Positions 1 through 9,108 of a stretch of 64,000 nt of DNA are shown here, piece by piece. Location: positions 92,663-156,662 of the forward strand of contig CAYQZX010000052.1 of NCBI GenBank assembly GCA_964422165.1, given 5' to 3'. The translations under genes and the position numbers were made by a program. How positions within the stretch are numbered: the stretch's first letter is position 1; each line of letters starts with the position of its first letter. The notes beneath the pieces were generated by a model. It had not been told where the DNA came from, did no database searches, and was given only the letters and a program-made list of their open reading frames with translations. Origin of the DNA: an uncultured Eubacteriales bacterium (GTDB lineage Bacteria; Acidobacteriota; Aminicenantia; Aminicenantales; Saccharicenantaceae).

Positions 1-1
1 C

Positions 2-1738
2 TATGGTCTGGATATATACACACCGGTGGATGAGGAAGGAAAATTCCTGCCTCAGGTAGAAAAATATGGCGGATTGAATGTTTTTGCAGCCAACCCGCTA
101 ATAGTGGCTGACCTGAAAAATGAAGGCTATCTTCTCAAGCAGTCTGAAGTCAGTCATTCCTATCCTCATTGCTGGCGGTGTAAGCAGCCGGTTATCTTCA
201 GGGCTACCGAGCAGTGGTTTATCTCCATGGATAAGAACGAATTGAGAAAAAGGACTCTCGAAGAAATCAAAAAAATACGCTGGATTCCATACTGGGGAGA
301 AGAAAGAATTGCCAATATGATGGCCGCTCGACCGGACTGGTGCATCTCAAGACAGAGGTCCTGGGGTGTTCCTATTCCGGCTTTTTACTGTGAGTCCTGT
401 GGCTACATTCTGGCCGATGAAAAAATAATCAGGCAGGTAGCTGAGATTTTTGAAAAGCACGGTTCTAATGCCTGGTTTTATAAATCGGCCTCCGAGCTTT
501 TGCCGCCCGACCAGAAATGCCCTGCCTGCGGTGGCCAGAGCTTCAGGAAGGAAAACAACATCCTTGATGTCTGGTTTGAATCGGGAGCCAGTCACAGCAT
601 TCTCGGGAAAAAACCCGAGCTGCCCTGGCCGGCAGACCTTTATGTTGAAGGACATGACCAGTACAGGGGCTGGTTTAATAGCTCGCTGGTAATTGGAGTT
701 GGGGCTAAAGGGGGCTCTCCTTACCGCACTTGCCTGACTCATGGTTTTGTCCTTGATGAGCAGGGCCGGGCTATGTCCAAGTCGCTGGGTAATTTCATCG
801 AGCCCAATGAGATTATTTCCAAACACGGAGCTGAAATCCTGAGGCTCTGGGTGGCTATGTTGAATTATAAAGAAGATGCCAAGTTCGGGAATGAAATCCT
901 GCAGCGACTGGTGGAAGCATATAGAAAGATACGCAATACCTGGCGTTTTCTTCTGGGCAACCTTTATGATTTTAATCCTGATACTGACAGCCTTAAGCCA
1001 GAGGAGTTGCTCTGGCTGGACCGCTGGATTCTGGAAAGATGCCGTCAGGTCGAGAAGCGGGTTATTCAGGCCTATGATGATTATGAATTTCACATAGTCT
1101 TCCACTCTCTTTATAACTTCTTCACCGTGGACCTGAGTGCTTTTTACCTGGATGTGATAAAAGACAGGATGTACTGTTCAGGACCAAAATCAACTTTGAG
1201 ACGCTCTGGACAGACGGCCATAATGACCGTCCTGCAAAATACCCTGAGGCTAATGGCTCCAATTTTGCCTTTTACGGCTGAGGAAGCCTGGGAGGCTATG
1301 CCATCCTTTCAGGGAAAGGCTGAGTCAGTCCACCTCTGTTTTTTTCCTGAATATGACCGGCCCTGGCTGTCAGAAGATTTTATGAAAAAAGTTGATAAGC
1401 TTCTGGACCTGAGAGAGCTGGCCCAGAAGGAAATGGAAAGAGCCAGGGAAGCAAAATTGATAGGCAATTCTCTTGAGGCCTGTCTGGTTTTTCGGGCTCC
1501 AGAAGGAGTGTTTGAACTGCTGGAAGAGTTCAGGACTGACCTGCCGACTGTCTTTATAGTTTCTGCCGTCCAGGTTGAACCGGCAACCGATCAGAACCTG
1601 ACCATAATAGTGGAAAGAGCGGAAGGACAGAAATGTGAACGCTGCTGGAACTATTCTCCGAATGTTGGACAAAGCCCGAAATATCCTGCTGTTTGCCAGC
1701 GCTGCTTCCTGGTTCTGGAAAAAGAAATTGGAAAATAA
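2..1738 (+). CDS. ileS: Isoleucine--tRNA ligase, type 1 (5'-truncated by window edge)
   Basis: Frame open from position 2. Motifs YPHCWRC, DWCISRQRSWG, LDVWFESG, EGHDQYRGWF, KMSKS-like AMSKS, and C-terminal zinc finger KCERCW...CQRC. Directly upstream of lspA. Confidence 0.97.
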   Translation, partial: YGLDIYTPVDEEGKFLPQVEKYGGLNVFAANPLIVADLKNEGYLLKQSEVSHSYPHCWRCKQPVIFRATEQWFISMDKNELRKRTLEEIKKIRWIPYWGEERIANMMAARPDWCISRQRSWGVPIPAFYCESCGYILADEKIIRQVAEIFEKHGSNAWFYKSASELLPPDQKCPACGGQSFRKENNILDVWFESGASHSILGKKPELPWPADLYVEGHDQYRGWFNSSLVIGVGAKGGSPYRTCLTHGFVLDEQGRAMSKSLGNFIEPNEIISKHGAEILRLWVAMLNYKEDAKFGNEILQRLVEAYRKIRNTWRFLLGNLYDFNPDTDSLKPEELLWLDRWILERCRQVEKRVIQAYDDYEFHIVFHSLYNFFTVDLSAFYLDVIKDRMYCSGPKSTLRRSGQTAIMTVLQNTLRLMAPILPFTAEEAWEAMPSFQGKAESVHLCFFPEYDRPWLSEDFMKKVDKLLDLRELAQKEMERAREAKLIGNSLEACLVFRAPEGVFELLEEFRTDLPTVFIVSAVQVEPATDQNLTIIVERAEGQKCERCWNYSPNVGQSPKYPAVCQRCFLVLEKEIGK

Positions 1739-1751
1739 AAAAATAGAACCA

Positions 1752-2258
1752 ATGCTTAAAAAACGGTTTTTCCTTATTTTCATCCTATTCTGGCTGGGAC
1801 TGGACCAGCTGACTAAGTTTCTGATAGCCAGATCAATTGAGCTTTATCAAACAGTAACGGTGATTCCAGGGTTTTTTAACCTGACTCGTGTCCACAACCG
1901 GGGGGCAATTTTTGGCTTTCTGGGGAATACCAGCAATCCGCTGGCTCTGGTTTTACTGAACCTTGGGTCTCTGGTGGCTTTTGCGGTGGTGACCTACTAT
2001 TTTCTTAAAACCCCTTCCGAAATGGTGCTAACCAAACTGGCTTTTGCCCTGATCATCAGCGGGGCTATGGGAAACATAGTGGACCGCATTATCCGGGGCT
2101 ATGTAATAGATTTCCTGGATTTTTATGTTGGGCGGTTCCACTGGCCCTTTTTCAATTTAGCTGACAGCTGCATTACTGTCGGGGCTATTATCCTGGTTTT
2201 TACTTTATTCAGGAGCTCTAAAACATGTTCCCAATCCTCACCCGAATCGGGCCAATAA
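1752..2258 (+). CDS. lspA: Lipoprotein signal peptidase II
   Basis: DQLTK, NRGAIFG, GAMGNIVDR, VIDF, FNLAD motifs. Start moved to the ATG at 1752 just after the ileS stop. Confidence 0.95.
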   Translation: MLKKRFFLIFILFWLGLDQLTKFLIARSIELYQTVTVIPGFFNLTRVHNRGAIFGFLGNTSNPLALVLLNLGSLVAFAVVTYYFLKTPSEMVLTKLAFALIISGAMGNIVDRIIRGYVIDFLDFYVGRFHWPFFNLADSCITVGAIILVFTLFRSSKTCSQSSPESGQ

Positions 2259-3022
2259 CCATCCATACTTACGGGTTTTTTCTGGCCTTGGGGGTGGTTT
2301 TTGCCCTGTGGTTTATCTACCATCAAGCCAGGAAACAGGGCTTCAACCCCAATAAACTTCTGGATGCCGCCTTCTGGATAATATTGATTTCCTTGATTGG
2401 CGCCAAGTTGATTTTGCTGGCCGGAAACTTTTCTTTCTACCTGAAAAATCCTGGCGAACTTTTAAGCCTGGCCCGTTCGGGTGGAGTTTTTCAGGGGGGA
2501 TTGACTTTCGGGGTAATCTTTGCGGTTATCTATTTTCGGAAAAATAAAATACCGCTCTGGCCAGTGGCTGACCTGACAGCACCGGCCATTGCCCTTGGTC
2601 ATGGGTTTGGGCGGCTGGGCTGTTTTTCTGCCGGGTGCTGTTACGGTCGGGAAGGCTCGGGTATCTGGGCTACAGTTTTTAAGAATGAATACGCCCATGA
2701 ACTTACCGGAATACCGCTCAACGTGCGGCTGCATCCGGTTCAGCTTTATGAAGCCGCTCTTAATTTTCTGAATTTCCTGGTTTTGTTCCTCATCTTCAAA
2801 AGGAAAAAATTTGACGGGCAGGTTTTCAGCTTCTACATTATTAATTACTCAATCATCCGCTTTTTCACCGAATACTTTCGAGGAGACCATGAGGTAGATA
2901 CTTATGTAATTCTCGGTGATAGTGCTTTTACCAGCCTGTCGCTGCCCCAGGTCTATTGTTTGATCAGTCTGGTGGCTGGCTTGACTCTTTATTTTTTGCT
3001 AAAAAAAAGGAAAAGTGACTGA
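2225..3022 (+). CDS. lgt: Prolipoprotein diacylglyceryl transferase
   Basis: GPITIHTYG, GGVFQGG, GRLGCFSAGCCYG, HPVQLYE, RFFTEYFRGD motifs; multiple TM helices. Confidence 0.95.
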   Translation: MFPILTRIGPITIHTYGFFLALGVVFALWFIYHQARKQGFNPNKLLDAAFWIILISLIGAKLILLAGNFSFYLKNPGELLSLARSGGVFQGGLTFGVIFAVIYFRKNKIPLWPVADLTAPAIALGHGFGRLGCFSAGCCYGREGSGIWATVFKNEYAHELTGIPLNVRLHPVQLYEAALNFLNFLVLFLIFKRKKFDGQVFSFYIINYSIIRFFTEYFRGDHEVDTYVILGDSAFTSLSLPQVYCLISLVAGLTLYFLLKKRKSD

Positions 3023-3953
3023 ATACAGCTTGACTGTCGAAAAAGGGGAAGGTACAAGACTCGACCTTTTTTTGAAATCCAGATTCTCAGGCCTTAGCCG
3101 GGCCAGAATTCAGAAAATTATTAAAGAGGGAAAAGTCCTGGTTAATGGCCGGATTTACAGGGCCGGCCAGAAGCTTAAAATCGGGGATAAGGTTGAGGTC
3201 AGAGTTGAGGAAGAGCCTTCTCCAGGTCTGCTCGGGCCAGAACCGGTTCCTTTCGAAGTGCTTTACGAGGACGACCAGGTAGTGGTGATTAACAAACCTT
3301 CTGGACTGGTGGTCCATCCTGGAGCCGGTGTGAGGGAAGGCACCCTGGTTCACGGTCTTATTTTTTGCTACCCGGAAATAGCGGCAGTGGGCTCGCCGAC
3401 CCGGCCTGGGATAGTTCATCGTCTGGACAAAGAGACCTCAGGAGTAATGGTTGTAGCCAGAACCGAGCAAGCCTATCAGTTTTTAAGACAGCAGTTTGAA
3501 GACCGGAAAGTTAAAAAAACCTACCTGGCTCTGGCACTGGGTAAATTCCGGGAAAAAAAAGGTCTAATCGACCTCCCGATTGGCCGGCATGTCCACCATC
3601 GGAAAAAGATTTCAGTTAAGACCAGAAAACCGCGAGTGGCTCTGACTAATTACCAGGTTCTGGAAGAATTCCAAGAAACCACTTTCCTGGTCCTGCAACC
3701 GGTGACCGGACGGACTCATCAGCTTCGGGTTCATCTTTCAGCCACCGGCCATCCGCTAGTCGGGGACACCAGGTATGGAGGAGGTGGGAAAAAACAGCTG
3801 CAGAAGAGCCCCCGACTTTTCCTCCATGCCTGGAAGCTGAGTTTCCAGCATCCCTCTTCCGGACAGGTTTTAGAATTTGAAGCACCACTTCCTCAGGAGT
3901 TAAATCAGGTTCTTAGTCAGGAAAGACGGTTAAAGCAGGGACTATTAACTTGA
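3015..3953 (+). CDS. rluD: RluA/RluD-family 23S rRNA pseudouridine synthase with S4 domain
   Basis: N-terminal S4 (RLDLFL..SRARIQK), NKPSGLVVHP, catalytic HRLDKETSG, GRTHQLRVH, LHAWKL. GTG start overlaps the lgt stop. Confidence 0.9.
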   Translation: MTEYSLTVEKGEGTRLDLFLKSRFSGLSRARIQKIIKEGKVLVNGRIYRAGQKLKIGDKVEVRVEEEPSPGLLGPEPVPFEVLYEDDQVVVINKPSGLVVHPGAGVREGTLVHGLIFCYPEIAAVGSPTRPGIVHRLDKETSGVMVVARTEQAYQFLRQQFEDRKVKKTYLALALGKFREKKGLIDLPIGRHVHHRKKISVKTRKPRVALTNYQVLEEFQETTFLVLQPVTGRTHQLRVHLSATGHPLVGDTRYGGGGKKQLQKSPRLFLHAWKLSFQHPSSGQVLEFEAPLPQELNQVLSQERRLKQGLLT

Positions 3954-3978
3954 GCAAAACAGTTTTTTTTATTATTAT
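3950..3978 (+). promoter_or_regulatory. Putative sigma70 promoter for the EF-G paralogue
   Basis: TTGAGC(3950-3955)-17 nt-TATTAT(3973-3978); GGAGG SD before ATG 4044. Confidence 0.45.
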
Positions 3979-4043
3979 ATAGGCTTAAAAGTTCCAAGAT
4001 TTATTTTCTTGGCCTGAAACCATAAAAAACTGGAGGATGTAAG

Positions 4044-6137
4044 ATGGCTGACTACAGTCCGGATAAGCTCAGAAACATTGCTTTCATCGGTCACGGTTCA
4101 TCCGGTAAAACTTCGCTGACTGCGGCTGTGTTGTTTGATGCCGGAGTAACTACCAGGCTGACTAAAGTGGATAAAGGCAATACGGTCACTGATTTTGACC
4201 CAGAAGAAATAGAAAGAAAAATTTCCATCAACTCAGCTCCCTGCTTTGTCGAGTGGAAGGGAACTAAAATTAACATCATTGATACGCCTGGCTACAGCAG
4301 TTTTCTCTGGGATACCAGAGCCAGCCTTCGTGCCGTGGATTCGGCGCTGGTTGTAGTTTGCGGAGTGGCCGGAGTTGAGGTAGGAACAGAAAAAGTCTGG
4401 GAAATGCTGGAAGAGTTAAAGCTTCCCCGTATAATCGTCATCAATAAGCTGGACCGGGAAAACTCCAGTTTCAGCCGGACGGTGGATGAGGTCCAGCAGT
4501 TTTTTGGACGGCAAGCTATTCCGGTTCAGATTCCAATAGGTGAGGAAAAAAACTTCAGTGGAGTGGTGGACCTTATTAGGAAGAAAGCTTACCTTTTTGA
4601 AAAAGATGAAAGTGGTAAATTTCAGGAAGTAGGAATTCCTGAAAATTTAAAGGATGAAGTAGAAAGAAGATACACTCAGCTGGTGGAGATGGTGGCTGAA
4701 AGCGACGAAAAACTGATGGAAAAATACTTTGAACAGGGCGAGCTCAGCACCGAAGAGTTGCTGGCCGGATTGAAGAAAAGTGTTTTCCACCACCAGGTTT
4801 TCCCGGTGTTTGCTGCCTCGGCCCTGCTTAACATCGGGATTCAACCCATCCTGGATGGTATTGTGGATTTTATGCCCTCTCCGCCGGAAAGAGCCAGAAT
4901 CAAGGCTAAGGTCAAGGGTCAGGAAGAAGAGCTGGCTTTATCGGTAGATGCTCCTTTTGCCGCCCTGGTTTTCAAAACCATATCCGACCCTTACACCGGA
5001 AGGATATCCTTGATGAGGGTTTTTTCCGGAAAAATCGGTCCTGAAGCCACAGTCAGCAACACTATCAGAGATACAGATGAGAAACTGGGCAGCCTGTTTT
5101 TCTTACAGGGTAAAGAGCAGATTCCAGCCGGTCAGGCTAAAGCGGGCGATATTGTAGCTACAGCCAAGCTGAAAGCCACACTGACGGGAGATACCCTGTG
5201 TGCTAAGGGGGCAGAGATTGAATTTGAACCCATAAAATTCCCTGAACCATCTATCTCATTTGCCATAGAGCCCAAAACCAGGGCTGATGAAGACAAGATA
5301 TCTCAGGCTACTCACCGGGTTACCGAGGAAGACCCGACTGTCAGGATTGAAAGAGACCCGGAGACCAACCAGCTCCTGATTTCTGGAAACGGAGAACTTC
5401 ATGTTCGCATCATCACTGATAAGCTAAAAAAGCGTTATAATGTGGATGTAGACCTCAAACCCCCCAAAATACCTTACCGCGAGACCATCAAGGGACGTTC
5501 CGACGTTCAGGGCAAATACAAGAAACAGACGGGTGGTCGTGGTCAGTATGGCGATGTAAAAATCAAAATGGAACCTTTGCCCAGAGGTCAAGATTTCGAA
5601 TTTGAAGATAAAATCTTCGGTGGAGCTATTCCCAAAAATTTCATCCCATCTATTGAGAAGGGCATTCAGGAAGCCAGAAAGAAGGGTGTCCTGGCTGGCT
5701 ATCCAGTGGTTGATTTCAAGGTTATACTCTACGACGGTTCCTACCATGAAGTCGATTCTTCCGATATAGCGTTTAAGATTGCTGCTTCCATGGCTTTTAA
5801 GAAAGGAATGAAAGAAGCCAGGCCAACTCTGCTGGAGCCGATAATGAATGTTGAAATTTACACTCCGGAAACCTATATGGGCGACATCATGGGAGCTTTG
5901 AACGGGCGACGCGGAAAAGTTCAGGGTATGGAGCAGAAGGGCAATATGAGAATTCTAAAGGCTCAGGTGCCCATGGCTGAAATGCTGGATTTTGAACCCA
6001 CCTTGACTTCAATAACCGGAGGCCGCGGTTCGTTCATCATGGAGTTCTCTCATTATGAAGAAGTCCCGGCTCAATTACAGCAGAAAATAATAGCCGAAGC
6101 GGTAAAAGAAGGTCGGGTCAAACCCGAAGAAGAATAA
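4044..6137 (+). CDS. fusA: Elongation factor G paralogue (EF-G II / EF-G2 type)
   Basis: GHGSSGKT, DTPG, NKLD GTPase motifs; domain IV KKQTGGRGQYG and DGSYHEVDSS. Not in an rpsL-rpsG context; RGITI replaced by RKISI and DTPGH by DTPGY. Confidence 0.9.
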   Translation: MADYSPDKLRNIAFIGHGSSGKTSLTAAVLFDAGVTTRLTKVDKGNTVTDFDPEEIERKISINSAPCFVEWKGTKINIIDTPGYSSFLWDTRASLRAVDSALVVVCGVAGVEVGTEKVWEMLEELKLPRIIVINKLDRENSSFSRTVDEVQQFFGRQAIPVQIPIGEEKNFSGVVDLIRKKAYLFEKDESGKFQEVGIPENLKDEVERRYTQLVEMVAESDEKLMEKYFEQGELSTEELLAGLKKSVFHHQVFPVFAASALLNIGIQPILDGIVDFMPSPPERARIKAKVKGQEEELALSVDAPFAALVFKTISDPYTGRISLMRVFSGKIGPEATVSNTIRDTDEKLGSLFFLQGKEQIPAGQAKAGDIVATAKLKATLTGDTLCAKGAEIEFEPIKFPEPSISFAIEPKTRADEDKISQATHRVTEEDPTVRIERDPETNQLLISGNGELHVRIITDKLKKRYNVDVDLKPPKIPYRETIKGRSDVQGKYKKQTGGRGQYGDVKIKMEPLPRGQDFEFEDKIFGGAIPKNFIPSIEKGIQEARKKGVLAGYPVVDFKVILYDGSYHEVDSSDIAFKIAASMAFKKGMKEARPTLLEPIMNVEIYTPETYMGDIMGALNGRRGKVQGMEQKGNMRILKAQVPMAEMLDFEPTLTSITGGRGSFIMEFSHYEEVPAQLQQKIIAEAVKEGRVKPEEE

Positions 6138-6293
6138 AGAGTTTCAGTTTTAATTCCTGGCTTAGTTTCTGGTTATCTGAAATTTGAAATTTACTCTTTA
6201 GCTAAAACCCGGGTTGATCCCGGGTAATATATTCGACATTCCTTGGGCAGTTGATTGTTCGTCGGGCTTTTTATCCTGTAACGAGTTGCTGGC

Positions 6294-6313
6294 TGACCTT
6301 CCGGTCATTTTTT
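6294..6313 (+). terminator. Weak candidate intrinsic terminator downstream of the EF-G paralogue
   Basis: TGACC-TTCC-GGTCA hairpin (5-bp stem) followed by TTTTTT. Confidence 0.3.
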
Positions 6314-6451
6314 CATTTGTTGCTTAATTATCTGAAAAGGCTGAATTTCTGGCTCTCGGCGGCCCAGGAGTTTGTCTGATTTCTTTAGTTTTGGATTAAG
6401 TTAAATTATTTAATATAATAGCCTGAGCGTCTAAACTAAAAGGAAACGGTT

Positions 6452-7720
6452 ATGGAGAATAAAAAGAACCTTTCAACAATTATCGCTTCAGTTTTATTCT
6501 TCTTTTTATTCTGGATTGTTCAGGGCCAGGCTTTAATCTGTACCCTGATAGTGGTTTCAGGCAAAGCTACGACCAGTGGACGCCCCCTGATGTGGAAAAA
6601 CCGTGACACTTCCCAGCTTCTTAATAAACTGATGTACTTCAAGGGAGTAAAATACAGATTTATCGGTCTAATTGATTCAGAGGATGCAGAAGGAAAGGAA
6701 ATCTGGGCTGGACTTAACGAGAAGGGGCTGGCGGTGATGAATTCTCAGGCCGACGACCTGGCAGCAAAAGATAAAAAATTCGACGGAGCCGGAAACGGAA
6801 CTTTTATGAAAATGGCTCTGGGTGAATGTGCTACGATAGACGATTTTGAAAAATTGCTCCAGAGGGAAAAGGGCAAATGGGACCTGGCCGCCAATTTCGG
6901 AGTGATAGATGCCCTGGGTGGAGCTGCCTTTTTTGAAACCTCCAGCGAGTACTATACCAGATTTGAAGCAGATGATAAGAAAGTGGCTCCTTTTGGCTAC
7001 CTGGTCAGGACCAATTTTTCTTATACTTCTCCTGATTATCTTCAGGGCGGAGGATTTATCAGGTTTGAAAGGATGAATCATCTGGCTGAGATGGCCAGAG
7101 CTACCGGTCAGCTTGAGGTCAGGTTCATCCATCAACAGGCGGCCAGGGATTTAAATCATGAAAAGCTTCACTCCTACCCCCTGAACCGGGCTCTTCCTGA
7201 AGACCCGGCCCGTCCCCTCTACATTAACACCAGCGACACCATCAACCGCCATAGCACCGCTTCAGCCGTTGTCTTTGAAGGAGCACCTTCGAGCGAACGA
7301 CCTGACCTGGCTATTATGTGGGTGATTCTGAGACAGCCGATAAGCGGAGTGGCTATTCCGGTCTGGCCCTATGCTGGTCAGGTACCCAGAGTGGCTACCG
7401 CCCCGGGCCAGCAAACCTGTGTTCTTAATGCTTTTTCCAGGAAGTTGGTTGCTTATCTTTACCCCGACATCAGAGGTCGGATGCCGCAGTACCTGAACGT
7501 CAACCGGCTAAGGACCTACGGCGGTGATGGGGTCCTCTCCAGATTGCTGCGGATTGAAGATCAGGTTCTGGAAAAGGCCCGGGCTCAGCAAAAGCTGTGG
7601 GAAAAGAAAAAAGAACCACCCGCCAGGGTAGCCGAGTTCCAAGAAGCTCTGGCCGAGTTTGTGCTAAAGAGCCTGCTTGAAGAATTCCCGGACTCCAGAC
7701 TCGCTGGTGATGAAAGGTAA
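6452..7720 (+). CDS. Secreted Ntn-hydrolase, C45/AAT-like (cysteine nucleophile)
   Basis: Signal peptide followed by CTLIVVSGKATTSGRPLMWKNRD; GLNEKGLAVMNS; RTNFS. Confidence 0.75.
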   Translation: MENKKNLSTIIASVLFFFLFWIVQGQALICTLIVVSGKATTSGRPLMWKNRDTSQLLNKLMYFKGVKYRFIGLIDSEDAEGKEIWAGLNEKGLAVMNSQADDLAAKDKKFDGAGNGTFMKMALGECATIDDFEKLLQREKGKWDLAANFGVIDALGGAAFFETSSEYYTRFEADDKKVAPFGYLVRTNFSYTSPDYLQGGGFIRFERMNHLAEMARATGQLEVRFIHQQAARDLNHEKLHSYPLNRALPEDPARPLYINTSDTINRHSTASAVVFEGAPSSERPDLAIMWVILRQPISGVAIPVWPYAGQVPRVATAPGQQTCVLNAFSRKLVAYLYPDIRGRMPQYLNVNRLRTYGGDGVLSRLLRIEDQVLEKARAQQKLWEKKKEPPARVAEFQEALAEFVLKSLLEEFPDSRLAGDER

Positions 7721-7756
7721 AATAAATAAGAGTGGAATAATTGAGGAGAATTTAAA

Positions 7757-9040
7757 ATGGCAAGACTGACTGGCCGGAAAAAATCAGTTCAAAAAGAATT
7801 TTTTATTTTTTGGGCCTTTTTAGTTATGCTCGTGGCTAGCCCTTCCTTAATTCCAGCTCAGAAAGAGGATAAAGTCCTGGCTCTTCCACTGGGGCAGGCA
7901 GAATATCGGGGAAAATTTGTGGAAATAGAACCAGGGAAACTTTATTCAATGAAAAGCGGCAAGCCTCTGAAGTTTGAGCAGATGATCAAAGAAATGAAAA
8001 AAGCCCGTTTCATTCATCTGGGTGAAACGCATGACAATCTGGATATGCATGACTGGCAATTGAGGATAATTGAGTCTCTTTACCGGCAGGACCCAGATCT
8101 GGCCATCGGTCTGGAGCAGGTAACCGTTGACCTGCAATCGGTGCTGGATAGATGGGTATCGGGTGAGCTGGAAGAGGAGAATTTCCTCAAAGAAATCCGC
8201 TGGTATGTAACCTGGAATTTTAACTACAATTACTACAAAAATATATTCGACCTGGCCCGGAAAAATAAAATTCCGATAATTGCTCTAAATGTGCCCAGAA
8301 ATTTAATCAGCAAAGTCCGGATGCAGGGTTATGAGAGTTTGACTGAGGAAGAGAAAAAAATAATTCCGCCGCTTGATTTGACCAACCAGGACCACCGCCT
8401 GCTGATTAAAACCATTTTTGAGTCAGAAGAAATCCCGACCCAGATGAAGGGAGTTAATCTGGAAGCCAGCCTTGAAGGTCTTTACCGGGCCCAGGTGGCC
8501 TGGGATGAAACCATGGGAAGAAAGGCCGTCATGGCGGCTGAAGCCACAGGCAGAAGGGTGGTCGTGCTGGCTGGCTCTGGCCATCTGCTTTACAACCTGG
8601 GACTAAACCACAGGGCCTGGAAGCTTAGCCGTCAGCCTATGGCTACAGTCATAGGAGTGGAGGTGCCAGAGAATTCCAGACTCAGGGTGGCGCGGGGTCT
8701 GGCTGATTATGTTTACGGGGTTGCTAAAAAAGATTATCCGGCTTATCCAGCACCAGGTCTGAACTTAAAAAAAGTGGAGGGTCTGACCAACCTGGTGGTT
8801 GGAGCCAGCCCGACCGAACCTCTGACCAGAGAGGCTGGCTTTCAGAAAGGAGATGTAATTCTGGCGGTGGGAACCGAATCGGTCTCTGAAGTAAATGATT
8901 TCCGGATGATTCTGGCCAGATATAGCTGGGGAGAAGAAGTGGAAATTAAGGTTCTGCGGAACGGCGAGGTATTGACTCTAACTCTGAAGTTTAACCCGGA
9001 ACTGCTGAAGAAAAACCGGAAACCAGAAACGGGAAATTAA
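7757..9040 (+). CDS. ChaN/EreA-like domain protein with C-terminal PDZ domain
   Basis: Signal peptide; LGETHDN..H..Q, IGLEQ, ALNVPR, AQVAWDETM, LAGSGH motifs; PDZ-like AGFQKGDVILAV...IKVLRNGE. Confidence 0.75.
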   Translation: MARLTGRKKSVQKEFFIFWAFLVMLVASPSLIPAQKEDKVLALPLGQAEYRGKFVEIEPGKLYSMKSGKPLKFEQMIKEMKKARFIHLGETHDNLDMHDWQLRIIESLYRQDPDLAIGLEQVTVDLQSVLDRWVSGELEEENFLKEIRWYVTWNFNYNYYKNIFDLARKNKIPIIALNVPRNLISKVRMQGYESLTEEEKKIIPPLDLTNQDHRLLIKTIFESEEIPTQMKGVNLEASLEGLYRAQVAWDETMGRKAVMAAEATGRRVVVLAGSGHLLYNLGLNHRAWKLSRQPMATVIGVEVPENSRLRVARGLADYVYGVAKKDYPAYPAPGLNLKKVEGLTNLVVGASPTEPLTREAGFQKGDVILAVGTESVSEVNDFRMILARYSWGEEVEIKVLRNGEVLTLTLKFNPELLKKNRKPETGN

Positions 9041-9108
9041 ATCGCAAGCAAATCCCTGATGACCAGAAATTGAAATAATTACTATATGTTTTTACAAGGA
9101 GGTTAGCT

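Noticed and set aside
347-1105. 252-aa antisense ORF inside ileS
   Set aside because: Shadow of a highly conserved gene; no motif or initiation signal.
1635-1751. N-terminal extension of lspA in the ORF track
   Set aside because: Overlaps the ileS zinc-finger codons; ATG 1752 gives a normal-length LspA.
6285-6313. GGAA-tetraloop hairpin on the minus strand as SRP RNA
   Set aside because: The flanks pair perfectly and lack the conserved CAGG/AGCA internal loop of SRP helix 8.
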